Shown piece by piece: positions 34,352-44,123 of a DNA stretch of 64,000 nucleotides. The position numbers were made by a program, and so were the translations under genes. Origin of the DNA: a virus. Each line of letters begins with the position of its first letter. The stretch's first letter is position 1. Below the pieces are notes generated by a model. That model was not told where the DNA came from, did no database searches, and worked only from the letters and a program-made list of their open reading frames with translations. The stretch spans positions 32,001 to 96,000 of the IMG/VR virus record IMGVR_UViG_3300009152_000030; one strand, given 5' to 3'.

Positions 34352-37105
34352 ATGTTTTTTAGAGACGGAAAACTTATTCCCTTTGCTGAGTTTGTAGGCA
34401 GTAATGATGCTCTTGATTTCTTTAAAAGTCAAGGTGTAGATACTAGCCAAGGTTATCCTGCGCTTATATCTGCTTGGAAAAATGCTCCTGAGGTTAAAGA
34501 TTTTTTAGGTAAGCGCCAAGATTTTCATTTTAATGAAGAGTTAAGAAAAGAAAGAGATCGACTTACTAAACATTGGTTTGGGGATCCTTCAGAAACTGTA
34601 CGCCCTCTTGCTTCAAATACTGAAGCTTTTTCTCTTGGTGTGGATTATTACAAAGAAGCAGCTTTCCGACAAGATGTCGCATTTAAACAAATTGAGCAGG
34701 TAATTGCTGGGAATCCTATGCTTTCAGAGCATGGGCAACTCATGGACAATTTTACAACGTTTGGTAGAGTCCACGGAGTGCAAGCAGACATCGCATTACC
34801 TAGCCAGAGAGAGCGGCTAGAAAGGGAATATATAGAAAAAGGATCTCCTAGAGACTTAACAATTCATGGTAACCCGAGGGAGCAATTTGTTACTATTCAT
34901 GGTTCATCAGAAGGAGACTTATATGACGCAGGCGGTAAATTACCTCTTGAACGGGTAGATGACCTTAAAAATGCATATGTAGCATGTTGTTATCCTAATC
35001 AAGTTCAAGGTAAATATCCTTTTTTAAAAATCAGATCACCTGAATCTACAGTTCCGAGTTTTGTTGGTAGTAGTAAGCTGGAAGTAATTGATGATCCGGT
35101 CTCAACATTTAATCCATCTATTAGTTCACATACTTCAATTCTTCCAGTTTCAAGTACAAGAGAAAAAGTAACAGAAGCTTCTAGGATGGGTTTTGATTTA
35201 GTAAGTCCTCTGACCGAAATGGAGGATGTTATTCATGGTAGGAGGCCAGCATTATTTTTTGCTGGGACCAAAGAAGAATTTAAAAAATCTTTCCTGCTCA
35301 GTACTACGCCTGATGATAATAGTCCTCTTAAAGCAGCAAAAACTGCCGTTCAAATGAAAGGTTCTGGAGCTTTAGTTGAATTTGAAGAAGAGTTTGAACT
35401 TGGAAATAAAGGATATTTTTTAGGTAAGCCTGAAACTATTGAAAAAATTAAAAGTCTTATTCAAGAAAATCAACATCTTGATCTTGATGCAGTTTTTGGT
35501 GCTCCTTTTGCAGAGCAGTTGTCAAGTCTTGATTTTGATCCAGAAACTGAGGCATTTGACAAAGAGATACGTAGCCTTTTAGGCTATACTCCAGAAAGTA
35601 CTGAACTTCGTTCATTCTTAAGAAGAAATGAGTTAGATGAACATATTTTGCCCATTTATCCTGCTAATCCATATCAAATTGATGTAGCGGGTGATGCAAG
35701 GCTGGAGGAGACTATAGGCTCAGTAAAAACTGCTGTTGTAAATAATTTATCTCCAAAAGAGATGCTGAATAATATAATTGAGAATTCGAAAGAAATAGCA
35801 AAAGCTGTAGATAAAGAAGGAGGACTTCCTCCGGCCCCTGCTGGTCCTACATTTAGGTCAGTTCGAACGAATCATTTAAGGGCACAATTTCTTAGCCCAA
35901 AGGGAAGTGCAGCAAGGTTAGAAGCTAAGTTTGGACGAGAGGTTTTAGAAAAATTAGTTAAAATAGGAAAAGTTGGAGGATTAGCATTAGCCTTAGGTAT
36001 TGGTGTTCCTGCTGTAGCTTCAGCCTCGACCGGTGCAGTGGGTGGTGGCGGTGGATTAGGCTCTACCCTGATAACAGGCGCTGCTATAATAGGAGGGATA
36101 GGAGTAGCAACAGGATTAGGTGTTGCTGCGTATAAGGGAGCGAAAGCAGCCAAAATTCCAAGTGTACTAGGAAATATTATGTCTGGACCAGGTGGTGGCA
36201 CAATTAATAGGAATACTGGTTCAAGAATCTATAACAGTGGATTTATCCAAGGTGAGCTAGATTTAACTACTAGAGGTTTTTTTGCCGGTATTGGGTCAGT
36301 CATTAACGACTTTGGTCTTAACCGCAGAATTAGTGGCTTTGACCAGAGTGGCAAAGCTTCAGGTTTCCTAGACTCATTCTTTGGTAAGGCTCTTGGGTCT
36401 ACCGGATATGTCCACCCTGTATACCGTGCTGAAGAAGCTTTTTGGCAAGTTGCTAATAACTTAGATGATGCCTACCAAGGATGGAAAAATTATATTAGCA
36501 CATCAGCTAGTAGATCTAGTGGTATAGCTAAGTTTTTTCATGGTGCACGTTACTCTGGATTTAAGCTACTTGACTCTGTTGGCGATGGATGGCTGAATAA
36601 GCAACTAGTCAAAATGGGCGGATTATCTACGATGATTGCTCCTGCCCTAATGGGTTATGGCGCAATAGGTGACTTTAAGTCTGGATACCGCACTGGAGGT
36701 GTCTTAGGTGGAATAGGAAATACAGCACTTGGAATAACTACTGGACTAGTCCAAAATAAAGTCATTGCTGGTGCTTTATTAAATCCTGCAATTGGTTTGA
36801 CTGGCGGAGCGGTTGCCGCTGCAGCTGGCTATACTGCTTTCAAGGTTTTTGATGTTAGAAACAAAGGCGCTCAATATATGAGATCAGGTCGAATGGGTGG
36901 TATTTCTTGGAATCGTGGCCCAACTCCTGGTATGTCAAGTTCTATGGGAGCTAGTGTTAGGCAGAGAGCAATAAATGCAATGGAAAATTCAAGGTTTAGT
37001 GCAATGAAGGCTATAGGCAATGAAAGTTATATGATGAGCGCTCCAAAGGCAAGATACTCAAGCTCAACTGCTATATACGGAACGTCTTCAATGCTATCTT
37101 ACTAG
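34352..37105 (+). CDS. Putative virion protein with caspase-like motif pair, paralog B
   Basis: FVTIHGS...AYVACCYPNQV; shared C-terminus ending ...LSY. Confidence 0.55.
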   Translation: MFFRDGKLIPFAEFVGSNDALDFFKSQGVDTSQGYPALISAWKNAPEVKDFLGKRQDFHFNEELRKERDRLTKHWFGDPSETVRPLASNTEAFSLGVDYYKEAAFRQDVAFKQIEQVIAGNPMLSEHGQLMDNFTTFGRVHGVQADIALPSQRERLEREYIEKGSPRDLTIHGNPREQFVTIHGSSEGDLYDAGGKLPLERVDDLKNAYVACCYPNQVQGKYPFLKIRSPESTVPSFVGSSKLEVIDDPVSTFNPSISSHTSILPVSSTREKVTEASRMGFDLVSPLTEMEDVIHGRRPALFFAGTKEEFKKSFLLSTTPDDNSPLKAAKTAVQMKGSGALVEFEEEFELGNKGYFLGKPETIEKIKSLIQENQHLDLDAVFGAPFAEQLSSLDFDPETEAFDKEIRSLLGYTPESTELRSFLRRNELDEHILPIYPANPYQIDVAGDARLEETIGSVKTAVVNNLSPKEMLNNIIENSKEIAKAVDKEGGLPPAPAGPTFRSVRTNHLRAQFLSPKGSAARLEAKFGREVLEKLVKIGKVGGLALALGIGVPAVASASTGAVGGGGGLGSTLITGAAIIGGIGVATGLGVAAYKGAKAAKIPSVLGNIMSGPGGGTINRNTGSRIYNSGFIQGELDLTTRGFFAGIGSVINDFGLNRRISGFDQSGKASGFLDSFFGKALGSTGYVHPVYRAEEAFWQVANNLDDAYQGWKNYISTSASRSSGIAKFFHGARYSGFKLLDSVGDGWLNKQLVKMGGLSTMIAPALMGYGAIGDFKSGYRTGGVLGGIGNTALGITTGLVQNKVIAGALLNPAIGLTGGAVAAAAGYTAFKVFDVRNKGAQYMRSGRMGGISWNRGPTPGMSSSMGASVRQRAINAMENSRFSAMKAIGNESYMMSAPKARYSSSTAIYGTSSMLSY

Positions 37106-37106
37106 T

Positions 37107-39245
37107 ATGAATCAAATACTTAAAATAGAAGAATTATATAAGAAAGTAGAAACTGAAAGTTCAGACATATCTTATGTGGACTATTGGACTAAAATTTCTA
37201 AAAATATAATTACCGATTACATTGAGAACTACGGTCTAAGAACTAAAACAAAGTCTGGAGCTAAATGTATTTCTGGTTGTGAGAATTGCCAAGTATCTCA
37301 TATTGAGAAGTACAAGAAAGACTATTCTACTCATCCTATTGAAAGTAAAAGAAAAGTAAAGGCTGATCCTAAAGCTTTTGCTACTCATCCTTTTCAGATT
37401 AGTTGTCCTTTGATACCTGAGAATTACTTAGAGCAATATTCAGAATTTGCCAATGAGTTGTCTGCTGAAGAAAAGGATGCATTGATTATTAATACTGATC
37501 CAGTTACATTTGCAAGTAAAATGTTTGGATGGAAACCTAGAGCACACCAAGAGATTGCTCTTCGCTGCCAAAGCAAAAAGAAAGTATTCAGGTTTGGAAG
37601 ACGATCTGGGAAGTCAGACGCTCTTGCTATTGAGATTTTGTTTCATGCTTTTACTAGAGTCAGAGAATACTTTGACGAAGAGATAAGAGAGAATGTCAAT
37701 GGCATTAAGATTCTTATTTGTTGCCCTTTTGACTCTCAAGTAACTGCAATTTTTAATAGAATACTTGAATTGCTTAATAGCAACTCAAGTTTGAAAAAAG
37801 AATTTAGATACAAGCAATCTCCCTACCATCAAATAAGATTAGAGAATGGTGCAATTATTTCTGGATTTACTACTGGTAGCAACGGCGCTAGCGCTGTTCG
37901 CGGTCAGGACGCGCACGTAATAATACTTGATGAGGTTGACTATATGACTGAGAAGGACTTTACAACAATCCTTCCTATTGCACAATCTCATAGTGATTGT
38001 CTTATTCGTGTAGCTTCTACTCCTAGTGGACTCCGTAGTAAGTTTTATGAGTGGTGCCAAGAAGCTCCAGACTGGAAAGAGTTTTATTTCCCAACTGCAG
38101 TTATTGATGAAACACCATTTGCTCAAACAAAGATTAACTGGAAGTCTCTTAGAAATGAAATGCGTAGAGAATATACCAGTGACGGCTGGTTACAAGAAGT
38201 TATGGCAATGTTTATCAGCAATGCTGATGGCGTATTTGCTGCACCTCTTGTTACTACTGCGATGGAAGGATACTCATATGCTCAAATGCGTGATGCAAAG
38301 ATGCAAGGAGAACTAGCAGGATTTAGATATAGCCTTGGTGTTGACTGGAACACTAGCTTTGGTACTTGGATATGTATTACTGGATTCCATCCTCAAGTTG
38401 GATTACAAGTTATGGAGATAGTTAATGTTCCAAAGCAAAACTTTACACAGTTACAAGGTCTTCAGAAAATAACAGAATTACTTAGCTTCTGGCAGCCTCA
38501 ACATATTTATGTGGACAAAGGTCACGGAGCAACTCAGTGGGAAACATTGAAGATGTGGTCATCACAGCAGAAAGCAGGCACGTACGAGTTCAATGTCCAA
38601 AGAAGAATTAAAGCATATGATTTTGGTAGTAAAATTTCTATAAGAGAACCTTCAACTGGTCGGCTTATTGAACATCCAGCTAAGCCGTTTCTAGTTGAGA
38701 ATGCAGTCAGACGCTTCGAAGACAGAATTATTAAGTTTTCTTTTGAGGATGATCTTCTTAGAAAACAACTACTTAACTATATCATTAAGTCTAGACAGCC
38801 AAATGGAACTCCAGTGTTTGGCCAAGATAATACAAGTATTGGTGACCATGCACTTGACGCATTTATGTTAAGTCTTGTTGCCTTTACAATAGAAGAAGGA
38901 CCAATGGCTCTTTCTAAGAATATGGTTTCTAGTTTGGGAATAACGGAGACACTTGGACATTCAATATTAAATGATCAAACTCAAGATCCTCATAGCAAGA
39001 AGTTGACTGGAGGAGAACTACTAAGACACTTGCAAAGTGAAAGGAATTCTGCTATAGATAGCAGAAAAAATGGTTCTGGTCCTTACCAAAAAACAACAGA
39101 ACACTACAGTGACCTTGATAGAAGAGCTTGGGAAAGAGATATGATTGTTACTAGAGACGGCAAAGGCAATATTGGACAGGCAATAGCTCCAGTATTTAAT
39201 TCTCGTCACAACTATCAAAGACCAAGTGGTCGAACAATTAAATAA
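37107..39245 (+). CDS. terL: Terminase large subunit
   Basis: Walker A FGRRSGKS, Walker B IILDEVD, coupling ASTP, nuclease LGVDWN...DHALDA. Confidence 0.93.
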   Translation: MNQILKIEELYKKVETESSDISYVDYWTKISKNIITDYIENYGLRTKTKSGAKCISGCENCQVSHIEKYKKDYSTHPIESKRKVKADPKAFATHPFQISCPLIPENYLEQYSEFANELSAEEKDALIINTDPVTFASKMFGWKPRAHQEIALRCQSKKKVFRFGRRSGKSDALAIEILFHAFTRVREYFDEEIRENVNGIKILICCPFDSQVTAIFNRILELLNSNSSLKKEFRYKQSPYHQIRLENGAIISGFTTGSNGASAVRGQDAHVIILDEVDYMTEKDFTTILPIAQSHSDCLIRVASTPSGLRSKFYEWCQEAPDWKEFYFPTAVIDETPFAQTKINWKSLRNEMRREYTSDGWLQEVMAMFISNADGVFAAPLVTTAMEGYSYAQMRDAKMQGELAGFRYSLGVDWNTSFGTWICITGFHPQVGLQVMEIVNVPKQNFTQLQGLQKITELLSFWQPQHIYVDKGHGATQWETLKMWSSQQKAGTYEFNVQRRIKAYDFGSKISIREPSTGRLIEHPAKPFLVENAVRRFEDRIIKFSFEDDLLRKQLLNYIIKSRQPNGTPVFGQDNTSIGDHALDAFMLSLVAFTIEEGPMALSKNMVSSLGITETLGHSILNDQTQDPHSKKLTGGELLRHLQSERNSAIDSRKNGSGPYQKTTEHYSDLDRRAWERDMIVTRDGKGNIGQAIAPVFNSRHNYQRPSGRTIK

Positions 39246-39254
39246 GGAATTTTA

Positions 39255-39704
39255 ATGGCACTTGCACTATACATTAATGATCCAGTTACTGGACTTTCTG
39301 ATCAGATGGTGGACAACACCAATACAAAGATAATAGCTTTTCACGATACAACTGATGGGTCTTATCGTTATCAGACTTTAACTCTGCAGAACACAGATGA
39401 GAATCTTGGTTATACAAACATATCAGTAGCTATCGCTATCAATGGAGTAGAGAATGGTCCTATTTCAAATAATGGAATTATTTACCAGTTAATGCCAATG
39501 GAATCAACAACGGCAGACATACGTGATCAGAACTGGGAAAATCTTCCATATAATAATACGCTCACATTAGCAGATATTGAGCCAGGAGCAATCGCAAACA
39601 GGTATCTTATGTTAAAGACTTTTGTACCAAAAGGAAATGGTGTAAACTTTTTCAATGAGGCAACAATCAAGATCAATGCGACTGAGACAACCCTAGCAGG
39701 ATAA
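39255..39704 (+). CDS. Hypothetical structural protein (beta-rich)
   Basis: 149-aa ORF with AAGGA RBS between terL and portal. Confidence 0.6.
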   Translation: MALALYINDPVTGLSDQMVDNTNTKIIAFHDTTDGSYRYQTLTLQNTDENLGYTNISVAIAINGVENGPISNNGIIYQLMPMESTTADIRDQNWENLPYNNTLTLADIEPGAIANRYLMLKTFVPKGNGVNFFNEATIKINATETTLAG

Positions 39705-39707
39705 AAA

Positions 39708-41966
39708 ATGGAAAGACTCCCTTTACAGAAAAGACAAATCTTTTCGATAACAAATACGCAACAAGACATTACACTAGAAGAAGTTGGTTCTAGCGACAAT
39801 AAAGATGTAAACAAACTATCTAAAAATGAACTGGATGGTCTTATTAAAGATCTTCTTTCTGCAATAGAACCCAACAAAGAATATAATCAAATCTTAGATA
39901 GTAACCTTTACAATGGTAAGGCAAAGAATCTTGACTTTCTTGGAGTAGAAGCTTTGCGCAAGGAAAATAGAGAAGAAGCAAAACGACAAGCAGCTATTCT
40001 AGACAATTTTTTGAGAGTTACAGCAGAAAGATTAGAAGATATAAACTATAGTGTTGAGTATGCAAAAGAAGACCATGACCAATGTCTAGTTGCTAACTTT
40101 TTATTTCCTAATCATCAAAAAGGAAAATTAACTTATCAGGAAATCAAACAACTTAAACAATATACAAAGCTATATAGAGAACTTAAAGCTGATAATCAAT
40201 TAAGGTCTGCTACAAAAGATATAAAAAATGATCCAATGGTTGGAATGGATGAAGATGAAGATCTTAATTCAAAGTATGGTCAAGTAATTAAATTGGCTTA
40301 CGCTTACCAGACAGAAAAGACTGCTAAAAAAGATTATGATCCTGAGCCTAAAAAGACATTGGGAAAGATGGCGTCTGATTGGCTTAATGAGCTAGAAGAA
40401 GATAAGAGATTCAAAGTTTACGAAGAATTTGATATTTTTAGAGATATGTTTGGACTTGAAACAACTTTAGCTCAAAATGAAACAAAACTGAGTGAAGACA
40501 ATATTAGTGCAAAAGTTGGGTTGATACCTTTGTTTAATGAGGCCGAGAAGACTAGGGAAGTTGTTCATGGCATAGAGAGTACCCTTAATGGAATAGACAA
40601 GCAAAATAGTGCTATTGACGTCTTGATGAGAGGCAAAGAACCTTCAAATGTAAAGGCAAGAGCAATAGGAGAACCTGCTAAGAGTCTTGGAGATCTAGTA
40701 ACGAACTGGGAAGGTTGCTATGAGTGCTTTGGTGGGGAGTGGGCTAAGTTAGCAGACAAGTTAGGAGATATTAAAGGCCCAGGAGATATATTTAAAGGCA
40801 GTGACTTTGTATTTGGTGTTGATCTTGAAGTAAAACTTAAAGAGCAGTTAGCAATTACAAAAGCTCTTCTTGACAAAATAAGATTTGCTAGTGACATTGA
40901 GTTTCAGTTAAAAGCTAACTATTGCTCTCTTCTACGACTTGGCTCTTTGTGTCCTCTTGAATTATTGTTTGTTATTGCAAGCTTAGGTGGACTTCTAGTT
41001 TATACTTGGTCTGAGATATTCTCTGCAAATGCAAACTTTGGATTAAATTTTCTAAGAGATCTCATTTTACGTGGAGTTGTTGAGCCCCTTTTAAATCTTT
41101 TGCAAATGAGTATTCGTGCAAATATTAGTCCTTTGCCTAACTATGCTTTATGTACTATTAACAGTCTTATTAGTGTTCAAGACATTGATAAGGCTGGAAA
41201 GCAGTATGGATTTACAACTGAAGAACTTTCTAATTGGGTGAATTCAGGGACAGCAGAAGATGAAAGCAAAATAAGTGCGCTTACAAAATTTAGTGAAACA
41301 TACTTCAATAATAGCAATGGTCAAGTTGGCGTAGACCAGCAAGCCGTAGGAACAGCCTTAGAAGGGGCATTAAATAATAATGGTATGAAGTTTTTATCAA
41401 CAATAACAAATCCCCTTTTTGGTAAAGGCGATGCTCTTGACTCAATTGAAATGATCAAGTCTGTCATATACGACTTTATTGATTGGGTTTCTTCTCAGTC
41501 AGACATTGTAAAGTATGGCCTTGATGCCTTGAAGGCTTTGATGGGTACTCAAGCTGATACCAATATTGTTCTCTGTACAAAGATTATGGCTTTGTCTCAG
41601 ACTCTAGCCTTTGCTCTAGGAGTTTACAAAGCAGCAACCTCTAAGGGAATTGAACCTTGCATTCCTATGAAAGATGATAATGGTAACCTAACAAATGAAA
41701 GCCCATGGGATCCCTGGGATCCGGATCCTAATAGTGACTTTCCAATGAAGGAGTACTTCAATAGCCAACCTGTTTACCAGGAAAAGGCAAGGAATAACAA
41801 GAGTAACAAAAAGACAAAGCCGATTAGATATCTAATAAATCCTGCAACTGATAGTAGATTTAATCTTACCAATTGCGATAGAGCAAAATCGTCTATAATA
41901 AGCAAAGGTGAAAGTCTGGATTTCTGGAGACGAGTTGCATTAGGAGCAAACGTAGACAATGTTTAA
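39708..41966 (+). CDS. Hypothetical protein with Cys motifs and hydrophobic segment
   Basis: 752-aa ORF overlapping the portal start; CYEC, CSLL...CP motifs. Confidence 0.6.
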   Translation: MERLPLQKRQIFSITNTQQDITLEEVGSSDNKDVNKLSKNELDGLIKDLLSAIEPNKEYNQILDSNLYNGKAKNLDFLGVEALRKENREEAKRQAAILDNFLRVTAERLEDINYSVEYAKEDHDQCLVANFLFPNHQKGKLTYQEIKQLKQYTKLYRELKADNQLRSATKDIKNDPMVGMDEDEDLNSKYGQVIKLAYAYQTEKTAKKDYDPEPKKTLGKMASDWLNELEEDKRFKVYEEFDIFRDMFGLETTLAQNETKLSEDNISAKVGLIPLFNEAEKTREVVHGIESTLNGIDKQNSAIDVLMRGKEPSNVKARAIGEPAKSLGDLVTNWEGCYECFGGEWAKLADKLGDIKGPGDIFKGSDFVFGVDLEVKLKEQLAITKALLDKIRFASDIEFQLKANYCSLLRLGSLCPLELLFVIASLGGLLVYTWSEIFSANANFGLNFLRDLILRGVVEPLLNLLQMSIRANISPLPNYALCTINSLISVQDIDKAGKQYGFTTEELSNWVNSGTAEDESKISALTKFSETYFNNSNGQVGVDQQAVGTALEGALNNNGMKFLSTITNPLFGKGDALDSIEMIKSVIYDFIDWVSSQSDIVKYGLDALKALMGTQADTNIVLCTKIMALSQTLAFALGVYKAATSKGIEPCIPMKDDNGNLTNESPWDPWDPDPNSDFPMKEYFNSQPVYQEKARNNKSNKKTKPIRYLINPATDSRFNLTNCDRAKSSIISKGESLDFWRRVALGANVDNV

Positions 41967-43488
41967 ATTAAAAGCACAAGTTATTAATCTAAAAAATCTT
42001 GCATCTTCTATTCAAATAATAGATGATGCGGAGAGTAAGATACCTGCGCCAAGTTTAGAAAAAACAAAAGATCCAGTATTTAACTATAGAACAACTCGTC
42101 CATACTTTATGAACGATTGGCAGAAATTAGAACATGATTTTAAGGAGATAGATAAAGTTGCTACCATTGAAGCTTATTTACAAATAAGCTTTGACAAGAA
42201 ACTATCTTTATTTATGAAAGAAGGTTATGAGGTTGTAGGTAAAGATCGAGATCTTGTAGAATACGTAGAGCGCCGCTTGAAGGAAGTTTGTTATGTTAGC
42301 CGGACTACACCTCGCCAGTTTATAACTGATATAGCCAAAAATATTATTAGATATAGTAATTGTTTTGTTCTTGTTAAACGAGATGATAAGACATCTGGCG
42401 GCTATACTAGAACAGACTCTAAAGGCCGCAAAATAGCCCCAATTAGCTCACTTCATGTACTTCCCACCAGTATGATCCAGGTTAAGGTGAACGACCTTAA
42501 GCAGCCCATAAAGTATCGACAATACAGTGAAGAAGACTGGACTGAGAATACTCGTCCTACTGCTATATATGAGCCTAATGAAATTATTCATTTCCATGTT
42601 AATAAGCTTGAAGGCTTTATTGTTGGTACTCCAAGATGCAGCGCAGCAATTGAAGATATTAAAGCTTTGCGTCGCATTGAAACAGATGTAGAAGTTTTAC
42701 TTCATCAAAGTATCTTTCCAATTGTCCAGTACAAGATTGGTACTGATGCCATGCCTGCTACTATTCTTCCAGATGGAAGAGATGAGATTAGTATGGTTAC
42801 TGAGGTTATTAATAATCAGCCACCTGAAGGTTTCTTTGTTACTCCTGAGCGTCATGAAATTAAAATGATTGGCGCAGAGGGTCGTTCGCTTAGAGCCGAA
42901 GGTTATCTTGACTATTTCAAGAAGCGTGTTCTTGCTGCGCTTGGTTTGTCTACGGTTGACATTGGTGAAGGCGATACTGCAAATAGATCAACTGCTGCGA
43001 CTATGTCTAGTAGTCTTATTAATGCAGTAAAGAGTGACCAGCTGGTTTTCGAAGAACAAATCTATGCTCATTTGATTGTTCCTCTTTTACAAGAAAGTGC
43101 TAAAGATAATAGCTTTGACTGGCTAGATCCAGACAATAAAGTTGTTTTAAGATTTAAAGAGATAGATGTTGAAAACCAAATAAAGAAAGAGAATGCTGCA
43201 ATTCAGCTTTGGTTGAACAGCGCCATCAGCCATGATGAGCTTAGAGATCGGATTGGTCTTTCTGCTGCTCAGGAAGATGACTGGGATCATTCTTATTACA
43301 AGATGGTTACAGAAGCCCAAGAGCTCTTGAAACTTGGAGCTAACGTAATGTCACCTATTGCAGAAACCTCTGCTAGAAGTGACAAAACACCTATGTCCTC
43401 GTCTGATTTAAATAAGGCAAGAGAACTACAAGCCAAGTCGGCTGCTAAATCTTCTGGGAAACCTGCTGTTAAAAAAAAAATTCGATAG
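41959..43488 (+). CDS. Portal protein
   Basis: Position after terL; YSNCFVLV.R, IIHFH...GTP...A.EDIKALRRIE, YFKKRVLAALGLS.VDIGEGDTANRSTA, ISHDELRDRIG. Confidence 0.85.
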   Translation: MFKLKAQVINLKNLASSIQIIDDAESKIPAPSLEKTKDPVFNYRTTRPYFMNDWQKLEHDFKEIDKVATIEAYLQISFDKKLSLFMKEGYEVVGKDRDLVEYVERRLKEVCYVSRTTPRQFITDIAKNIIRYSNCFVLVKRDDKTSGGYTRTDSKGRKIAPISSLHVLPTSMIQVKVNDLKQPIKYRQYSEEDWTENTRPTAIYEPNEIIHFHVNKLEGFIVGTPRCSAAIEDIKALRRIETDVEVLLHQSIFPIVQYKIGTDAMPATILPDGRDEISMVTEVINNQPPEGFFVTPERHEIKMIGAEGRSLRAEGYLDYFKKRVLAALGLSTVDIGEGDTANRSTAATMSSSLINAVKSDQLVFEEQIYAHLIVPLLQESAKDNSFDWLDPDNKVVLRFKEIDVENQIKKENAAIQLWLNSAISHDELRDRIGLSAAQEDDWDHSYYKMVTEAQELLKLGANVMSPIAETSARSDKTPMSSSDLNKARELQAKSAAKSSGKPAVKKKIR

Positions 43489-44123
43489 CGTCTCCTAGCG
43501 GTAAAACTAATGCGAATGCCGTCAGACCATCAAATCAGCATGGTACTAAAAGCGGCCCAGGAAGTTTAGTTACGAATAGTATTCTGGACTTTGATGAGTA
43601 TCGAGAGGATGTGAATGGATTAGTTAGTCATCTTAAAGAAAAAGCTGACTACGACGTTCATCCTGAATTTACCATTGATGCCGCTTTTGAGCGTTTTTCT
43701 GTTATGCTTAAAGATAACAGTATTAAGGCATACATAAAGGGCTATTCTGAATATGCGGATTCTTCTAATTTAACTTCTGAGACTCACACCGGAAACATAG
43801 AGTTCCAGTTGAAGGTCCAGAAGTTTTTTATAGATAAGTTGCATATTGAAATGCGCAATCGCCAAGGCAATACTATAACTGACACAGCAAAGACTATAGG
43901 TCATAGAATGATGACTATCTATGAGACAGAAAGAATGAGAAGTTATAACTGGGGTGTTTTCAATGCGTTGAAGGATAGTGGCGAAGAATCATACCAGGTA
44001 TATAATCAAAGTAGTCAGTCTATAATAGATAATAGAAAAATCTCAGATAGTAAGTATTATGATTTACCGCCTGATCATCCTAATAGCAAAGTCATTATAA
44101 GGAAGGCTAATGAAGATAAGTAA
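43479..44123 (+). CDS. Mu gpF/SPP1 gp7-like head morphogenesis domain, probable -1 frame continuation of portal
   Basis: Frame open from the A10 run at 43471-43480; ETERMRSYNWG and LPPDHPNSK motifs. Confidence 0.6.
   Translation, partial: NSIASPSGKTNANAVRPSNQHGTKSGPGSLVTNSILDFDEYREDVNGLVSHLKEKADYDVHPEFTIDAAFERFSVMLKDNSIKAYIKGYSEYADSSNLTSETHTGNIEFQLKVQKFFIDKLHIEMRNRQGNTITDTAKTIGHRMMTIYETERMRSYNWGVFNALKDSGEESYQVYNQSSQSIIDNRKISDSKYYDLPPDHPNSKVIIRKANEDK

Noticed and set aside
37107-39245. Intein or intron in terL
   Set aside because: ATPase and nuclease motifs are contiguous at normal spacing; no C...HN splice motifs or LAGLIDADG seen
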